A stretch of 64,000 nucleotides of DNA, from contig CABUWG010000003.1 in NCBI GenBank assembly GCA_902495305.1, positions 989-64,988 of the forward strand, written 5' to 3'. The notes beneath the pieces were generated by a model. It saw only the letters and a program-made list of their open reading frames with translations. It did not search any database and was not told the DNA's origin. Shown here piece after piece: positions 18,864-28,698 of this stretch (position 1 is its first letter; the number at the start of each line of letters is the position of its first letter). The translations under genes and the position numbers were made by a program. The stretch is from an uncultured Pseudomonadota bacterium (lineage in GTDB: Bacteria > Pseudomonadota > Alphaproteobacteria > RF32 > CAG-239).

Positions 18864-19754
18864 ATGATACAGTTTCACCCGCTGGAGATAGAAGATTGCG
18901 CCCGCTACCGGCAGTATTATGAAAAATGTCGGGACAAAAGCGCTGACTATTCTTTTATCAATATGTGGGGCTGGAATGACAAATATCACTTTGAACTGGC
19001 CTATGACGACGACTTGTGCTGGATATGCAGCCGCGGCAAAAACCATTGTCACATGTATTCTCCGGTGGGCAACTGGCAGCAAAAAGACTGGCCGCAGCGC
19101 ATCAGCCTGCTCAGCGACGGCTGTATCAAGTTTTACCGCATTCCGGAAGGGCTTGCCCGCCAATTGGAAAAAGACTACCCCGGACAAATCTTTACCAAAG
19201 AAGACCGCGGAAACTGGGAATACATTTATGATGCCGCCGAATTGACGGCACTAAGCGGCCAGAAATTCCGCAGCAAAAGAAAAGCCGCCAATCAGTTCAA
19301 AGAAATGTATGATTATGAATACCAAAACATGAGCTCCAAGGATATTGCGGAAATCTGTACTTTTCAAAATATCTGGCTGGATCAGCCGGAAAATGCAGGC
19401 GATTCCTGCCTGCAACAGGAACACAATGCCATTTGCCGCATTTTGCACAACTGGGATAAGCTCTGCCGCAATCTTTTGGGCGGAATACTGCGCGTCAACG
19501 GCGAAATCGTTGCTTATACAATTGCTGAAATTATCAGTCGGGACGAAATCATCGTTCACTTTGAGAAAGCCTTGTATAATTTTAAAGGTGCTTATGCGGC
19601 CATAAATCAATTGTTTTTAGAAAATAATCAGGGATTCCGCCTTGTGAACAGGGAGCAGGACCTGAACGACCAAGGATTGAGGCGCGTAAAGTTAAACTAT
19701 AAGCCCATAAAATTTCTAAAAAAATATGATCTCATTTGTATGGAGCTTCATTAA
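18864..19754 (+). CDS. Stand-alone DUF2156 protein (phosphatidylglycerol lysyltransferase C-terminal-domain-like)
   Basis: ATG 18864 lies after AGGAAGAG. MIQFHPLEIEDCARYRQYYEKC...SGQKFRSKRKAANQFKEMYDYEY resembles DUF2156/MprF C-domain proteins by recall. The track ORF 18651 is an out-of-context extension through the lipoprotein gene. Confidence 0.65.
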   Translation: MIQFHPLEIEDCARYRQYYEKCRDKSADYSFINMWGWNDKYHFELAYDDDLCWICSRGKNHCHMYSPVGNWQQKDWPQRISLLSDGCIKFYRIPEGLARQLEKDYPGQIFTKEDRGNWEYIYDAAELTALSGQKFRSKRKAANQFKEMYDYEYQNMSSKDIAEICTFQNIWLDQPENAGDSCLQQEHNAICRILHNWDKLCRNLLGGILRVNGEIVAYTIAEIISRDEIIVHFEKALYNFKGAYAAINQLFLENNQGFRLVNREQDLNDQGLRRVKLNYKPIKFLKKYDLICMELH

Positions 19755-19923
19755 AGACATAAATTCCGATTCTTTTATATAAAAACACTAAATATATATA
19801 ACATTTTATATGTGTAGATTACCAATAATATAAAATATTGTGTTGTTTGAGTTTTTTAATTGTAATATAAATTTAGATGATGTAGTATTTATATTTGTAG
19901 AATAACAACCAAAAGTGTAAGTG

Positions 19924-20238
19924 ATGAAAAATACGAAATTATGTAACCGTATAATTAATATCAATGAACGACGAACCAGCATGCGTTTGTGCGTGACCGA
20001 ATGGGAAGCCCTGAAAGAAATCTGCAAAAAGGAAAAAACATCCAGAAACATGCTGATTGAATTTATTTCCCGATACAAAGATCCTGAATTGGGACTGAGC
20101 TATGCCACCAGATTATTTATCACTCACTATTTTCAAAGTGCGGCAACCGATACCGGACACCGTCTTGCAGGCCACGGTCGGACGGAAGAAAACCATCAAA
20201 CATTGGTCTTGTCAATCAAAAATCTTTTTAATTCTTGA
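19924..20238 (+). CDS. Ribbon-helix-helix (RHH_4-like) small protein
   Basis: RRTSMRLCVTEWEALKEICKKEKTSRNMLIEFI resembles the PF13467-type RHH domain by recall. Sits in a very AT-rich intergenic context. Confidence 0.55.
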   Translation: MKNTKLCNRIININERRTSMRLCVTEWEALKEICKKEKTSRNMLIEFISRYKDPELGLSYATRLFITHYFQSAATDTGHRLAGHGRTEENHQTLVLSIKNLFNS

Positions 20239-20370
20239 AAAAACAAAATATTTGCCGATATAAACCTGTGCATATTTTAGAATGTTTACTGTGAGCAGTC
20301 ATAAAAAAAACTTGCCACAAACCACATAAGCATATAATCTTGCAGTTGATAAACACGCAGGGGTAGCAAA

Positions 20371-21081
20371 ATGAATTCATTTATTGTCAGACGGCTGATA
20401 CCGGTACTCGTCTTCAGCCTTGTCATAGAGGCTCTCGAGCTGCTGATATTGACTTTTCTAAAATATCAGGAACTTGATCTAAGCTTCTTCAGCATGGTAA
20501 AAACCTCCGGCGTATTGTTGCTGACCACTGCCGTATCCACATTATACCTGATGCTCCCATATGTTTTTTATCTTTTAGTCCTGCCTCCCAAATGGCAGAA
20601 TTCTCCGGCAGACCGCCTTATTACCGTTACCTCGTTCGGCATTTATGTCTTTTTGACGACAGTTGAAGAAACTGTAGGCATTTTGCTGTGGAAAGATTAT
20701 AATACGGCTTTGTTGTTTGAAAACCGTAATTACTGGGAATATATCTGTGAAATTTATCAGACCGTGAGCGAATCTTATCCTGTTGTTCTGATTCTGGCCG
20801 CCATTGCTGCCTTCACGTTTGTCTGCGTCCGCCTGACCAAACCTTTTCTGTTTACCGGCCTGCCGTCTCCGAAATTCGGACGCCGCCTGTTTGAGAGCTG
20901 CCTTTATGTCGTTGTCTGCGCTTTTGCCTATATGAATATTGATATTGAAAAACTTGAAGCCACGGCCAACGTTTATAATAACCGAATGGCGGAAGAGGGG
21001 ACTTACAGCCTGATAAAAGTGATAGACAAACAGGAAGTCAAACCGGCAATCAACAAGATAAAAAACAAACTGGAAAGATAA
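20371..21081 (+). CDS. Polytopic membrane protein resembling only the N-terminal membrane domain of LTA-synthase/sulfatase-family enzymes
   Basis: 236 aa with ~5 TM helices. The tail ANVYNNRMAEEGTYSLIKVI is like the NG-Y-S linker that precedes the sulfatase domain in that family (recall). No sulfatase domain follows. Confidence 0.45.
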   Translation: MNSFIVRRLIPVLVFSLVIEALELLILTFLKYQELDLSFFSMVKTSGVLLLTTAVSTLYLMLPYVFYLLVLPPKWQNSPADRLITVTSFGIYVFLTTVEETVGILLWKDYNTALLFENRNYWEYICEIYQTVSESYPVVLILAAIAAFTFVCVRLTKPFLFTGLPSPKFGRRLFESCLYVVVCAFAYMNIDIEKLEATANVYNNRMAEEGTYSLIKVIDKQEVKPAINKIKNKLER

Positions 21082-21732
21082 ATGCTCAAACAGCTCATTG
21101 CCCAAATTCAGGCACGCAGAAAATTGCGTCTGCAAAAATCCTTCAAAAAAGAACTCTTCCGCAAAAGCATCCATCTGAGCTCGTTATGGATTCCGGCTTT
21201 GATATATTTCACCCACCCCGGCTTTGCCATTATGGTATTCTCCGTGTTGTTTGTCGGCAACACAATACTGGAATACGCCAATTACAAAAGGTATCGCTGG
21301 GCCAGAAAAACTTTCGGCATTCTTGTCTTCCGGCTCTTGCGCAATAAAGAAACCAAACGTCAGACGTTTCAGGTCAGCGGCTCAATGTATGTCTTAATGG
21401 CCGCCATTGCCTGCACGCTGATGTTCTCCAAACCCGTGGCCGTCATCGCTTTGACCGTCATGCTGATTTCCGATACCTGCGCGGCTTTAGTCGGCAAAGC
21501 TTACGGAACGCGCCGATTGTACAAGCAAAAATCGCTGGAAGGAACGGCAGCCTTTTTTATGAGCGCTTTGCTGATTAATATATGTTACGAGCCGATATAT
21601 CATTTTACCTACGCCGGCGTCATCGCTTGTCTGGCGGCAACTTTTGCCGAGATGTTTGAAGACCGGCTTGAAATTGACGACAACTTGTCCATTCCGGTTG
21701 TCATCGGGATTGTCCTGACTTTATTGGGCTGA
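21082..21732 (+). CDS. Diacylglycerol/polyprenol (dolichol/phytol) kinase family membrane protein (COG0170-like)
   Basis: 216 aa, multi-TM, with LISDTCAALVGKAYG...KSLEGTAAFF typical of the CTP-dependent polyprenol kinase/CdsA-like family. The ATG abuts the preceding stop. Confidence 0.65.
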   Translation: MLKQLIAQIQARRKLRLQKSFKKELFRKSIHLSSLWIPALIYFTHPGFAIMVFSVLFVGNTILEYANYKRYRWARKTFGILVFRLLRNKETKRQTFQVSGSMYVLMAAIACTLMFSKPVAVIALTVMLISDTCAALVGKAYGTRRLYKQKSLEGTAAFFMSALLINICYEPIYHFTYAGVIACLAATFAEMFEDRLEIDDNLSIPVVIGIVLTLLG

Positions 21733-21832
21733 GCACAACATTTCTTTTCAAACTTTTTAAGAAAGATTGATTAAAACCGGATAATAAGGTATTATATAGA
21801 GAAAAGTTCTAGAAACCAAACGGAGGAAAGCC

Positions 21833-23221
21833 ATGAGAATGTTCACACTTTTAAGCAAAAAACGTCATTTCTGGTTATACCTCGTCACAATCGTTGCCTC
21901 GCTTGGCGGCCTGCTGGCCGGATTTGACATGGGCGTCATCTCCGGTGCCATGCTGTTTATCAATACCGAATGGGTGCTGTCACCCTTTGCACAAGGCTGG
22001 GTCGTCAGTTCGGCCATTGTCGGCGCCGTGATTGGCGCAGCGGGAAACGGCATTCTGTCTGATTTGTACGGACGAAAGAAAATCATTATCGCAACGGCGC
22101 TGATTTTTATTGCCGGTTCCGTCTTTTCGGCCGTCGCTCCGAATGTCGGCAGCCTGATTGCCGCCCGAATGCTGGTCGGCATTGCCGTCGGCATGGTTAA
22201 TTTCATCGTCCCGATTTATCTGTCCGAAATTTCGCCGCAAAAAATCCGCGGCATGCTGGTTTCTTTATACCAGCTGGCCATTACCGCCGGTATCTTGTTT
22301 TCATACCTGATTAACGGAATCTATGCCGACTCTGAATATTCCTGGCGCCTGATGATGTTCTCGGGAATCTATCCGGCAATCATCCTGCTGCTCGGAATAA
22401 TCGTCCTGCAAGATACGCCACGTTGGCTGATTAGCAAAAAAAGAGACAAAGAAGCCGCTGAAGTCTTCCAAAAAATCGAGCCCGAAATAGATATAAAATC
22501 CCGCATCAGGGAAATTAAAGCTACTTTGCAGTCCGAACAAAAAGGCAAAAAGAACCGTCTGCAGTTTCAAAAATGGATGTTAATGCCGATTTTTGTCGGG
22601 GTAGGGATGATGTTTGCCCAGATTTGCACCGGTATTAATACGGTCATCTACTACACGACAACCATTTTCAAAGTCGCCGGCTTTAGCGAAAACAGCGCAG
22701 CCATTTATGCCACCATCGGCGTCGGTATCGTCAACTTCCTGATGACCGGAATCGCCATTGTCTTTACTGACCGCCTCGGCCGCAAACCGTTGCTCTATGC
22801 CGGCACAATCGGCATGATGCTGAGTATGTTGACCTTGGGAATGGCATTTAATTATGCTGGTGTTTTGGGAGAAAACCTGAGATATGTCGCCACCGCGAGC
22901 GTGATGGTCTATATTGCCTGCTTTGCGTTCAGCCTGGGGCCGGTAACATGGATTATGGTGTCTGAAATTTTGCCGCTGCGTATCCGTGGACTGGCCATGA
23001 GCATATGTACGGTGTCCAATTTCTTCTTCAATTTTATAATCGTCTTGTCTTTTCCGGTTTTGCTGCAGCACATCGGTGAAGCGCATACTTTCTGGATTTA
23101 TGCCGGTATCTGCCTTGTCAGCCTTTTCTTCTTCCGTTTCTTTGTACCGGAAACCAAAGGCCGCTCATTGGAAGAAATTGAAAGAAATTGGCAGCAGGGC
23201 GTTAAAGCAAAGGATTTTTAA
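21833..23221 (+). CDS. MFS sugar porter family transporter
   Basis: 462 aa, 12 TM, with GRKK, DTPRWL and PETKGRSLEEIE sugar-porter signatures. GGAGGA SD. Confidence 0.9.
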   Translation: MRMFTLLSKKRHFWLYLVTIVASLGGLLAGFDMGVISGAMLFINTEWVLSPFAQGWVVSSAIVGAVIGAAGNGILSDLYGRKKIIIATALIFIAGSVFSAVAPNVGSLIAARMLVGIAVGMVNFIVPIYLSEISPQKIRGMLVSLYQLAITAGILFSYLINGIYADSEYSWRLMMFSGIYPAIILLLGIIVLQDTPRWLISKKRDKEAAEVFQKIEPEIDIKSRIREIKATLQSEQKGKKNRLQFQKWMLMPIFVGVGMMFAQICTGINTVIYYTTTIFKVAGFSENSAAIYATIGVGIVNFLMTGIAIVFTDRLGRKPLLYAGTIGMMLSMLTLGMAFNYAGVLGENLRYVATASVMVYIACFAFSLGPVTWIMVSEILPLRIRGLAMSICTVSNFFFNFIIVLSFPVLLQHIGEAHTFWIYAGICLVSLFFFRFFVPETKGRSLEEIERNWQQGVKAKDF

Positions 23222-23249
23222 CATTATATGCTCCGACAATTTGCTAAGC

Positions 23250-23275
23250 AAAAATGACCTTAAATGTCATTTTTG
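23250..23275. terminator. Bidirectional terminator-like hairpin between the MFS gene and tRNA-Ser
   Basis: AAAATGAC-cttaaat-GTCATTTT flanked by A- and T-runs. Confidence 0.55.
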
Positions 23276-23296
23276 TCTGCAAAACCAATGATGTCT

Positions 23297-23386
23297 TGGC
23301 GGAGAGGCAGAGATTCGAACTCTGGGTGGGATCGCTCCCACGACGGTTTTCAAGACCGCTGCATTAAACCACTCTGCCACCTCTCC
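23297..23386 (-). tRNA. tRNA-Ser (anticodon UGA)
   Basis: The reverse complement reads GGAGAGGTGGCAGAGTGGTTTAATGCAGCGGTCTTGAAAACCGTCGTGGGAGCGATCCCACCCAGAGTTCGAATCTCTGCCTCTCCGCCA. It has a cloverleaf with a long variable arm, anticodon loop CTTGAAA and an encoded CCA. Confidence 0.92.
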
Positions 23387-23573
23387 GTGAAACAATTGGT
23401 TTATGGTAATAGTATTTATATTAATCCGCCCCAAAGGTCAAGCACTTTTTTACACAAATCTGATTTTTAATAATATACACTCAAAAATGCTAATTTTACC
23501 GGCAATATTAATCTTTTTTCAAACATCTTTAAGATATACTGACGATAAAGAGTAATTTTTTAGGATTTTAAGA

Positions 23574-24863
23574 ATGCGCATATCCCAAAAGCTTTCGCTG
23601 CTGGCTGTTTTTTTTATGCTGGGAACCTCATCCTGCACGGCTTCGCTGGTTGATGAAAACCAACCGCCCGAAGAATACGTCATCTGGCTGAATGACTTAA
23701 AACAAGATATGCTCAATCGAGGCATTTCCAAGTCTACCGTCAAAAAAGTTTTTTCTGAAAATTACTATCACCCTCAGCCGGAAGCGGTAAAAATTGATCG
23801 CAAGCAGCTGGAATTTGCCCTGACATCAACGGATTACATCAACCGCATAGTCAGCAAACCGCGCGTAGACATCGGACAAAAACATTATAAAGAACTCAGG
23901 CCGCTGCTGGAAAAAATCAGTGCCAAATACGGCGTGCAACCCGAATATTTAATGGCTTTCTGGGGCGCAGAAACGAGTTACGGCACAATATTCGGCAATT
24001 TTTCCACAATTGAAGTGCTGGTCAACCTGAGCTATGACAAACGCCGTCCGGCATTTTTCCGCGAACAGCTTTATCAGGCGTTAAAAATTGTAGACACCTA
24101 TAATATTGACCACACCAAAATGATTGGTTCCTGGGCCGGTGCTATGGGACATTTTCAGTTTATGCCGTCCACCTTTAACGCTTATGCCGTCGATTATAAC
24201 GGCGACGGTGAAATTGACATCTGGCATTCTTTTGAAGACGCTGCGGCCTCGGCGGCCAACTACCTTTCTCAAATGGGCTGGGATAAAAATACGCCTTGGG
24301 GAATGCGGATCACGCTGCCTTGGAATTTTGACTTTGCCCAAACCGGACGGACAAACAGCAAAACTATCGCCGAATGGCAAAAGCTCGGCGTTAAAGACAT
24401 TAACAAAAAAACACTCAAGTTGCCCAAAGACATAAAAGCCTCGGTCATTGTGCCGGAAGGGCGCAAAGGTAACGCTTATCTTCTGTTACCGAACTTCTTT
24501 CTGATTATGAAGTGGAATCGCTCCGAAAATTATGCCTTGGCTATTGGTACCTTGGCAGACTATTTTCAAACCGGCAAAAGCTGGAAAAAACTGGAAGAAG
24601 ATTCTTCCGTTCGCCTGAAAACGGATGATATTGTAAAAATTCAGTCATTTATCAACAAACTCGGCTGGTTTTCCCTTGATGAAGACGGTCAGCTGGGCAG
24701 CAAAACGAGAGATGCCGTCAAAGAAGTGCAAAAGCGGGCAAAATTGCCGGCAGACGGTTATCCTGATGGCAAATTATTGCAAAAAATAAACAATTATAAC
24801 CCCAAAATCGGCTTCGAAGCCGATGTAAACAGGAAAAAAGCCGGTCAAAAATTACACAAGTAA
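23574..24863 (+). CDS. Lytic murein transglycosylase (MltB/SLT_2-like) with C-terminal peptidoglycan-binding domain
   Basis: 429 aa with a signal peptide, YLMAFWGAETSYG and GHFQFMPSTF motifs. The C-terminal PG_binding_1-like segment reads LGWFSLDEDGQLGSKTRDAVKEVQ. Confidence 0.88.
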   Translation: MRISQKLSLLAVFFMLGTSSCTASLVDENQPPEEYVIWLNDLKQDMLNRGISKSTVKKVFSENYYHPQPEAVKIDRKQLEFALTSTDYINRIVSKPRVDIGQKHYKELRPLLEKISAKYGVQPEYLMAFWGAETSYGTIFGNFSTIEVLVNLSYDKRRPAFFREQLYQALKIVDTYNIDHTKMIGSWAGAMGHFQFMPSTFNAYAVDYNGDGEIDIWHSFEDAAASAANYLSQMGWDKNTPWGMRITLPWNFDFAQTGRTNSKTIAEWQKLGVKDINKKTLKLPKDIKASVIVPEGRKGNAYLLLPNFFLIMKWNRSENYALAIGTLADYFQTGKSWKKLEEDSSVRLKTDDIVKIQSFINKLGWFSLDEDGQLGSKTRDAVKEVQKRAKLPADGYPDGKLLQKINNYNPKIGFEADVNRKKAGQKLHK

Positions 24864-24936
24864 TTTTTATCAGCTTTACGAACAACAAAAAACAAGGTAA
24901 ATTAGGCCAAATATAAAACGGAACTAAGGGATACTA

Positions 24937-25812
24937 ATGATTTTTAATAATAAAACACTATGCCGGTCAATACTTTTCTCGGCGCTTGTGCTGTTAAACG
25001 CCTGTGCAAGTCAGGATAAAAACCTGACTTTGTCACAAGATGTTGTCTTCAACACCAAAGGCAGCTCTTATAAAGTAGGAAAACCCTATAAAGTCATGGG
25101 AAAATGGTACACGCCTCAAGAAGACTTTGATTATAATGAAACCGGCATAGCCTCATGGTATGGCAAAGATTTTCACGCCAAATATACCGCCAACGGCGAA
25201 GTCTATGACATGAACAGTCTGACCGCCGCCCACAAGACTCTGCCGCTGCCTTCCATCGTACGGGTAACCAATCTGGAAAACGGACGTTCTCTGGTGTTGC
25301 GCGTTAATGACCGCGGACCTTTTGTCGGCAACCGGATTATTGATATTTCCAAACGCGGCGCCCAGCTTCTCGGCTTCCAGAATCAGGGAACGGCAAAAGT
25401 ACGGGTCGAGGTGATGAAGGAAGAAAGCAAGCGTCTGAAACAGGCTTTGCTTAACAAAGAAGATATCCAAATTGCCATAAAAAACACGCCGGCACCGGCT
25501 CCGACGGCTTATACCTCTGCCGGAGATAAAATTCAGGCTATCGGCGCTGAAGCCAAATACGCCCGTGCCGTAGCCTCGGAAAAGAAAAAATACTTTGTAC
25601 AAGCCGGCGCTTTCTCCAATCAGGAGATTGCTGGACGCCTGAGCCGCCGCCTGAACAGCATCGGCAATACGGTAATGTCGCCGACAACCGTGGACGGCTG
25701 GCGTTTTTACCGCGTCCGTTTAGGGCCGTACAATAATGAAAACGATGCCAAACTGGCATTGGCAAAAGTTCAGGGTTCCGGCGTTGCCGAAGCGACTATC
25801 ATTAAAGATTAA
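24937..25812 (+). CDS. rlpA: Septal ring lytic transglycosylase RlpA (DPBB + SPOR)
   Basis: GIASWYGKDFHAKYTANGEVYDMNSLTAAHKTLPLPSIVRVTNLENGRSLVLRVNDRGPF, plus a C-terminal SPOR-like YFVQAGAFSNQEIAGRL. Confidence 0.88.
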   Translation: MIFNNKTLCRSILFSALVLLNACASQDKNLTLSQDVVFNTKGSSYKVGKPYKVMGKWYTPQEDFDYNETGIASWYGKDFHAKYTANGEVYDMNSLTAAHKTLPLPSIVRVTNLENGRSLVLRVNDRGPFVGNRIIDISKRGAQLLGFQNQGTAKVRVEVMKEESKRLKQALLNKEDIQIAIKNTPAPAPTAYTSAGDKIQAIGAEAKYARAVASEKKKYFVQAGAFSNQEIAGRLSRRLNSIGNTVMSPTTVDGWRFYRVRLGPYNNENDAKLALAKVQGSGVAEATIIKD

Positions 25813-25828
25813 TAAGAAAGGTCATAAA

Positions 25829-26983
25829 ATGTCATCCAACAGCAGATTATATATATCGACAATTCTTTTCAGCGGCATGCTCTTCAACGCCGCATCGGCT
25901 CAGGCTATTGAAACCAAAGCCAAAAACCTCATCTTGATGGATTATGAAACCGGACAGGTTTTAACCGCCAAAGACGCCCAGAGAATGATTCCTCCGGCCT
26001 CCATGAGCAAGCTGATGACGATTTATATGGTCTTTGAAAAAATAAAAGACGGCTCCTTGTCTTTGGATGACACTTTCACTGTCAGCGAAAACGCCTGGCG
26101 CAAAGGCGGTGCCGCCAGCGGCAGCTCGACAATGTTCCTCTCAATCGGCGAAAAAGTACGGGTTGAAGACCTGATTAAAGGCATGATTATCCAATCCGGC
26201 AATGACGCCTGTATTGTTGCCGCCGAAAATCTGGCCGGCAGCGAAGAAGACTTTGCGGCGGAGATGAACAAAAAAGCGCGGGCTTTGGGCTTAAATAACA
26301 GTTCCTTTGCCAACGCAACCGGCTGGCCGCATCCGGATCAGCGAATGTCCGTGGAAGATCTGGCCAAATTGGCTCGTCGCCTGATTTCCGAATTTCCGGA
26401 ATACTACCATATTTTCTCCGAAAAGAATTTTATGCATAACAACATCCGTCAGGGCAACCGTAATCCCTTGTTGTATTCCATGCCCTATGCCGACGGCCTG
26501 AAAACCGGACATACCGAGGAAGCCGGCTTTGGTCTGGTGGGGTCGGCCAAAAAAGACAACCGCCGCCTGATCAGCGTTATGGCCGGCTTAAAGAGCAACA
26601 AAGAACGCTCGGAAGAAGCCGAAAAAATCATGAACTGGGGCTTTAGGGAATTTGACAATTATACCATGTTGCAGCCCGGAACAAAAGTTGCAGAACTTCC
26701 GGTCTGGTTCGGCGATGACCAAAACGTCGGCCTGCTGGTAAGAGAAAAAGTCCGCCGGACATTACAAAAAAATCAGGTAAACAAAGTCAAAATGACGGCT
26801 GTTTATGACAAACCGGTACAAGCGCCGATTAAAAAGGGCGACCAACTGGGTATTGTAAAAATTGAAATTCCGGGACAACCGGCAACCGAGATTCCTTTGG
26901 TCGCGGATAAAGATGTCGGCAAACTGGGCTTCTTTGGCAAAATTGCCGAAAACTTTCGCTATCTGTTGTTTGGAAAGAATTAA
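25829..26983 (+). CDS. D-alanyl-D-alanine carboxypeptidase (PBP5/6 family)
   Basis: Signal peptide, then SMSKLMT (SxxK), SGND (SxN) and KTGHT (KTG). I prefer ATG 25829 after GAAAGG; the track ORF start 25736 overlaps rlpA. Confidence 0.9.
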   Translation: MSSNSRLYISTILFSGMLFNAASAQAIETKAKNLILMDYETGQVLTAKDAQRMIPPASMSKLMTIYMVFEKIKDGSLSLDDTFTVSENAWRKGGAASGSSTMFLSIGEKVRVEDLIKGMIIQSGNDACIVAAENLAGSEEDFAAEMNKKARALGLNNSSFANATGWPHPDQRMSVEDLAKLARRLISEFPEYYHIFSEKNFMHNNIRQGNRNPLLYSMPYADGLKTGHTEEAGFGLVGSAKKDNRRLISVMAGLKSNKERSEEAEKIMNWGFREFDNYTMLQPGTKVAELPVWFGDDQNVGLLVREKVRRTLQKNQVNKVKMTAVYDKPVQAPIKKGDQLGIVKIEIPGQPATEIPLVADKDVGKLGFFGKIAENFRYLLFGKN

Positions 26984-27651
26984 TGAGGAACAAAAAAGGA
27001 CTGTTCATTACTTTTGAAGGCGGTGAAGGGACCGGAAAATCCACCCAGCTCCGAATGTTGGCGGAATCTTTACGGAAAGCGGGCATTGCTACGGTCACCA
27101 CCAAAGAACCGGGCGGAACGGAAGTCGGACAGGATCTGCGCCGTATTTTGGTAACCGGCGACAAAGACAAATGTGACGCCGTAGCCGAAGCCTTGTTATA
27201 TTATGCCGACCGTCGTATCCATCTGACCAACAAAATCTGGCCTGCATTGGAAGACGGAAGCTGGGTCTTGAGTGACCGTTTTGCCGATTCTACCGTGGCT
27301 TATCAGTATTACGGCTACAACAAACGCATTTCCATGAAAATGTTGGACGATCTGTATAAAATGGTTGTCGGTGACTTTAAGCCGGATTTGACCATTATTC
27401 TGGACATTGATCCTCAAATCGGTCTGGCTCGTTCAATGGCAAAATCTCAAACCATGGCCGTCAAAGAAACCAGACACGAGAGCAGGGGGCTGGAATTTCA
27501 TAACAATTTGCGTGCCGGATACCTTGAACTGGCCGCACGGGAACCGCAGCGCTTTGCGGTTTTGAATGCCGATAAAAGCATTGCGGAACTGCATGAAGAC
27601 ATAAAAGAACTTGTAAGTGAAAGATTTAAGGTCAACCTATGTCAGAAATAG
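26983..27651 (+). CDS. tmk: Thymidylate kinase
   Basis: FITFEGGEGTGKSTQ P-loop and DRF motif. The start overlaps the preceding stop (TAATG). Confidence 0.95.
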   Translation: MRNKKGLFITFEGGEGTGKSTQLRMLAESLRKAGIATVTTKEPGGTEVGQDLRRILVTGDKDKCDAVAEALLYYADRRIHLTNKIWPALEDGSWVLSDRFADSTVAYQYYGYNKRISMKMLDDLYKMVVGDFKPDLTIILDIDPQIGLARSMAKSQTMAVKETRHESRGLEFHNNLRAGYLELAAREPQRFAVLNADKSIAELHEDIKELVSERFKVNLCQK

Positions 27652-28697
27652 AAGAAGCATATATCACGCCTAAAAACAATGCTTATCTGCTTGGCCATGA
27701 AGAAGCCGAAAAATTTCTGCTTGACGCCTGGAAAAACAATTCCCTGCACAATTCCTGGCTTTTTTCCGGCATAGAGGGAATTGGCAAAGCCACGCTTGCC
27801 TACAAGTTCGCCCGTTTTCTGCTGAGTGCAAACCCTGCGCAAAAAGAGCAATATGCTTCTTTGGACACCTTGCCGGACACACCGGTTTTCAAGCTTGTTG
27901 CCAACAATTCTCATCCTGACCTGAAAATTATTGAAAGAGATTATACCGACACCGATCGCAAAAAAATACTAAAAGCCATAAAAGACGGCGAACAATTGTC
28001 GGAAGAAGAACTTCAGGGCTTAAAACGTTCGGCCTTTATCAGGGTGGATGACGTCCGTACCATTAACGAATTCTTGTCCAAACGCTCGTCTCAGGACGGC
28101 TGGCGGGTCGTAATTGTTGACAGCATTGACGACATGAACGCCTCCAGTGCCAACGCTATTTTAAAGATTTTGGAAGAACCGCCATACAAAACCGTTCTGA
28201 TGCTCATCAGCCATAACCCGAACCGGCTGTTGCCGACCATAAAATCGCGCTGCGCCAAATTGAATCTGAAACCGCTGAAAGACGCCGAACTGGCCTCGCT
28301 GCTGCGCCGGTATCGTCCGGAAATAAAAGAAAATGAAATCAAAGAACTCGTTGCAATCTGCTCGGGCAGCATCGGCAAGGCACTGAATTATGCCGACAAC
28401 GGCGCGTTGGAACGCTTTCATGAACTGGAAAAACTCGTTTCGTCCGGCAGCGCGTTTAAACTTTCGGAACTGCTGGCCTTTTGCGATAAAGCCGTGGCAA
28501 ACGAAGACAGCTATGAACTGACCAAAAGTCTGATACTCAAAATTATCCGCCAGTTGATGAAGCAAACGGGCAAGATTGAAGAAATTTCAGAGAGTTGGGA
28601 CGAAACCTTAAAAATATTCAACGAAACCGAGGGTCTGAACCTTGATAAAAAACAGGCGCTCATTACTATTATCAGCAACTTGTGTAAGAGGATATAA
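27639..28697 (+). CDS. holB: DNA polymerase III delta-prime subunit
   Basis: 352 aa with HNSWLFSGIEGIGKATLAYKFARFLL, LKILEEPP and SRC motifs. Overlaps the tmk end by 13 nt. Confidence 0.85.
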   Translation: MSEIEEAYITPKNNAYLLGHEEAEKFLLDAWKNNSLHNSWLFSGIEGIGKATLAYKFARFLLSANPAQKEQYASLDTLPDTPVFKLVANNSHPDLKIIERDYTDTDRKKILKAIKDGEQLSEEELQGLKRSAFIRVDDVRTINEFLSKRSSQDGWRVVIVDSIDDMNASSANAILKILEEPPYKTVLMLISHNPNRLLPTIKSRCAKLNLKPLKDAELASLLRRYRPEIKENEIKELVAICSGSIGKALNYADNGALERFHELEKLVSSGSAFKLSELLAFCDKAVANEDSYELTKSLILKIIRQLMKQTGKIEEISESWDETLKIFNETEGLNLDKKQALITIISNLCKRI

Positions 28698-28698
28698 A

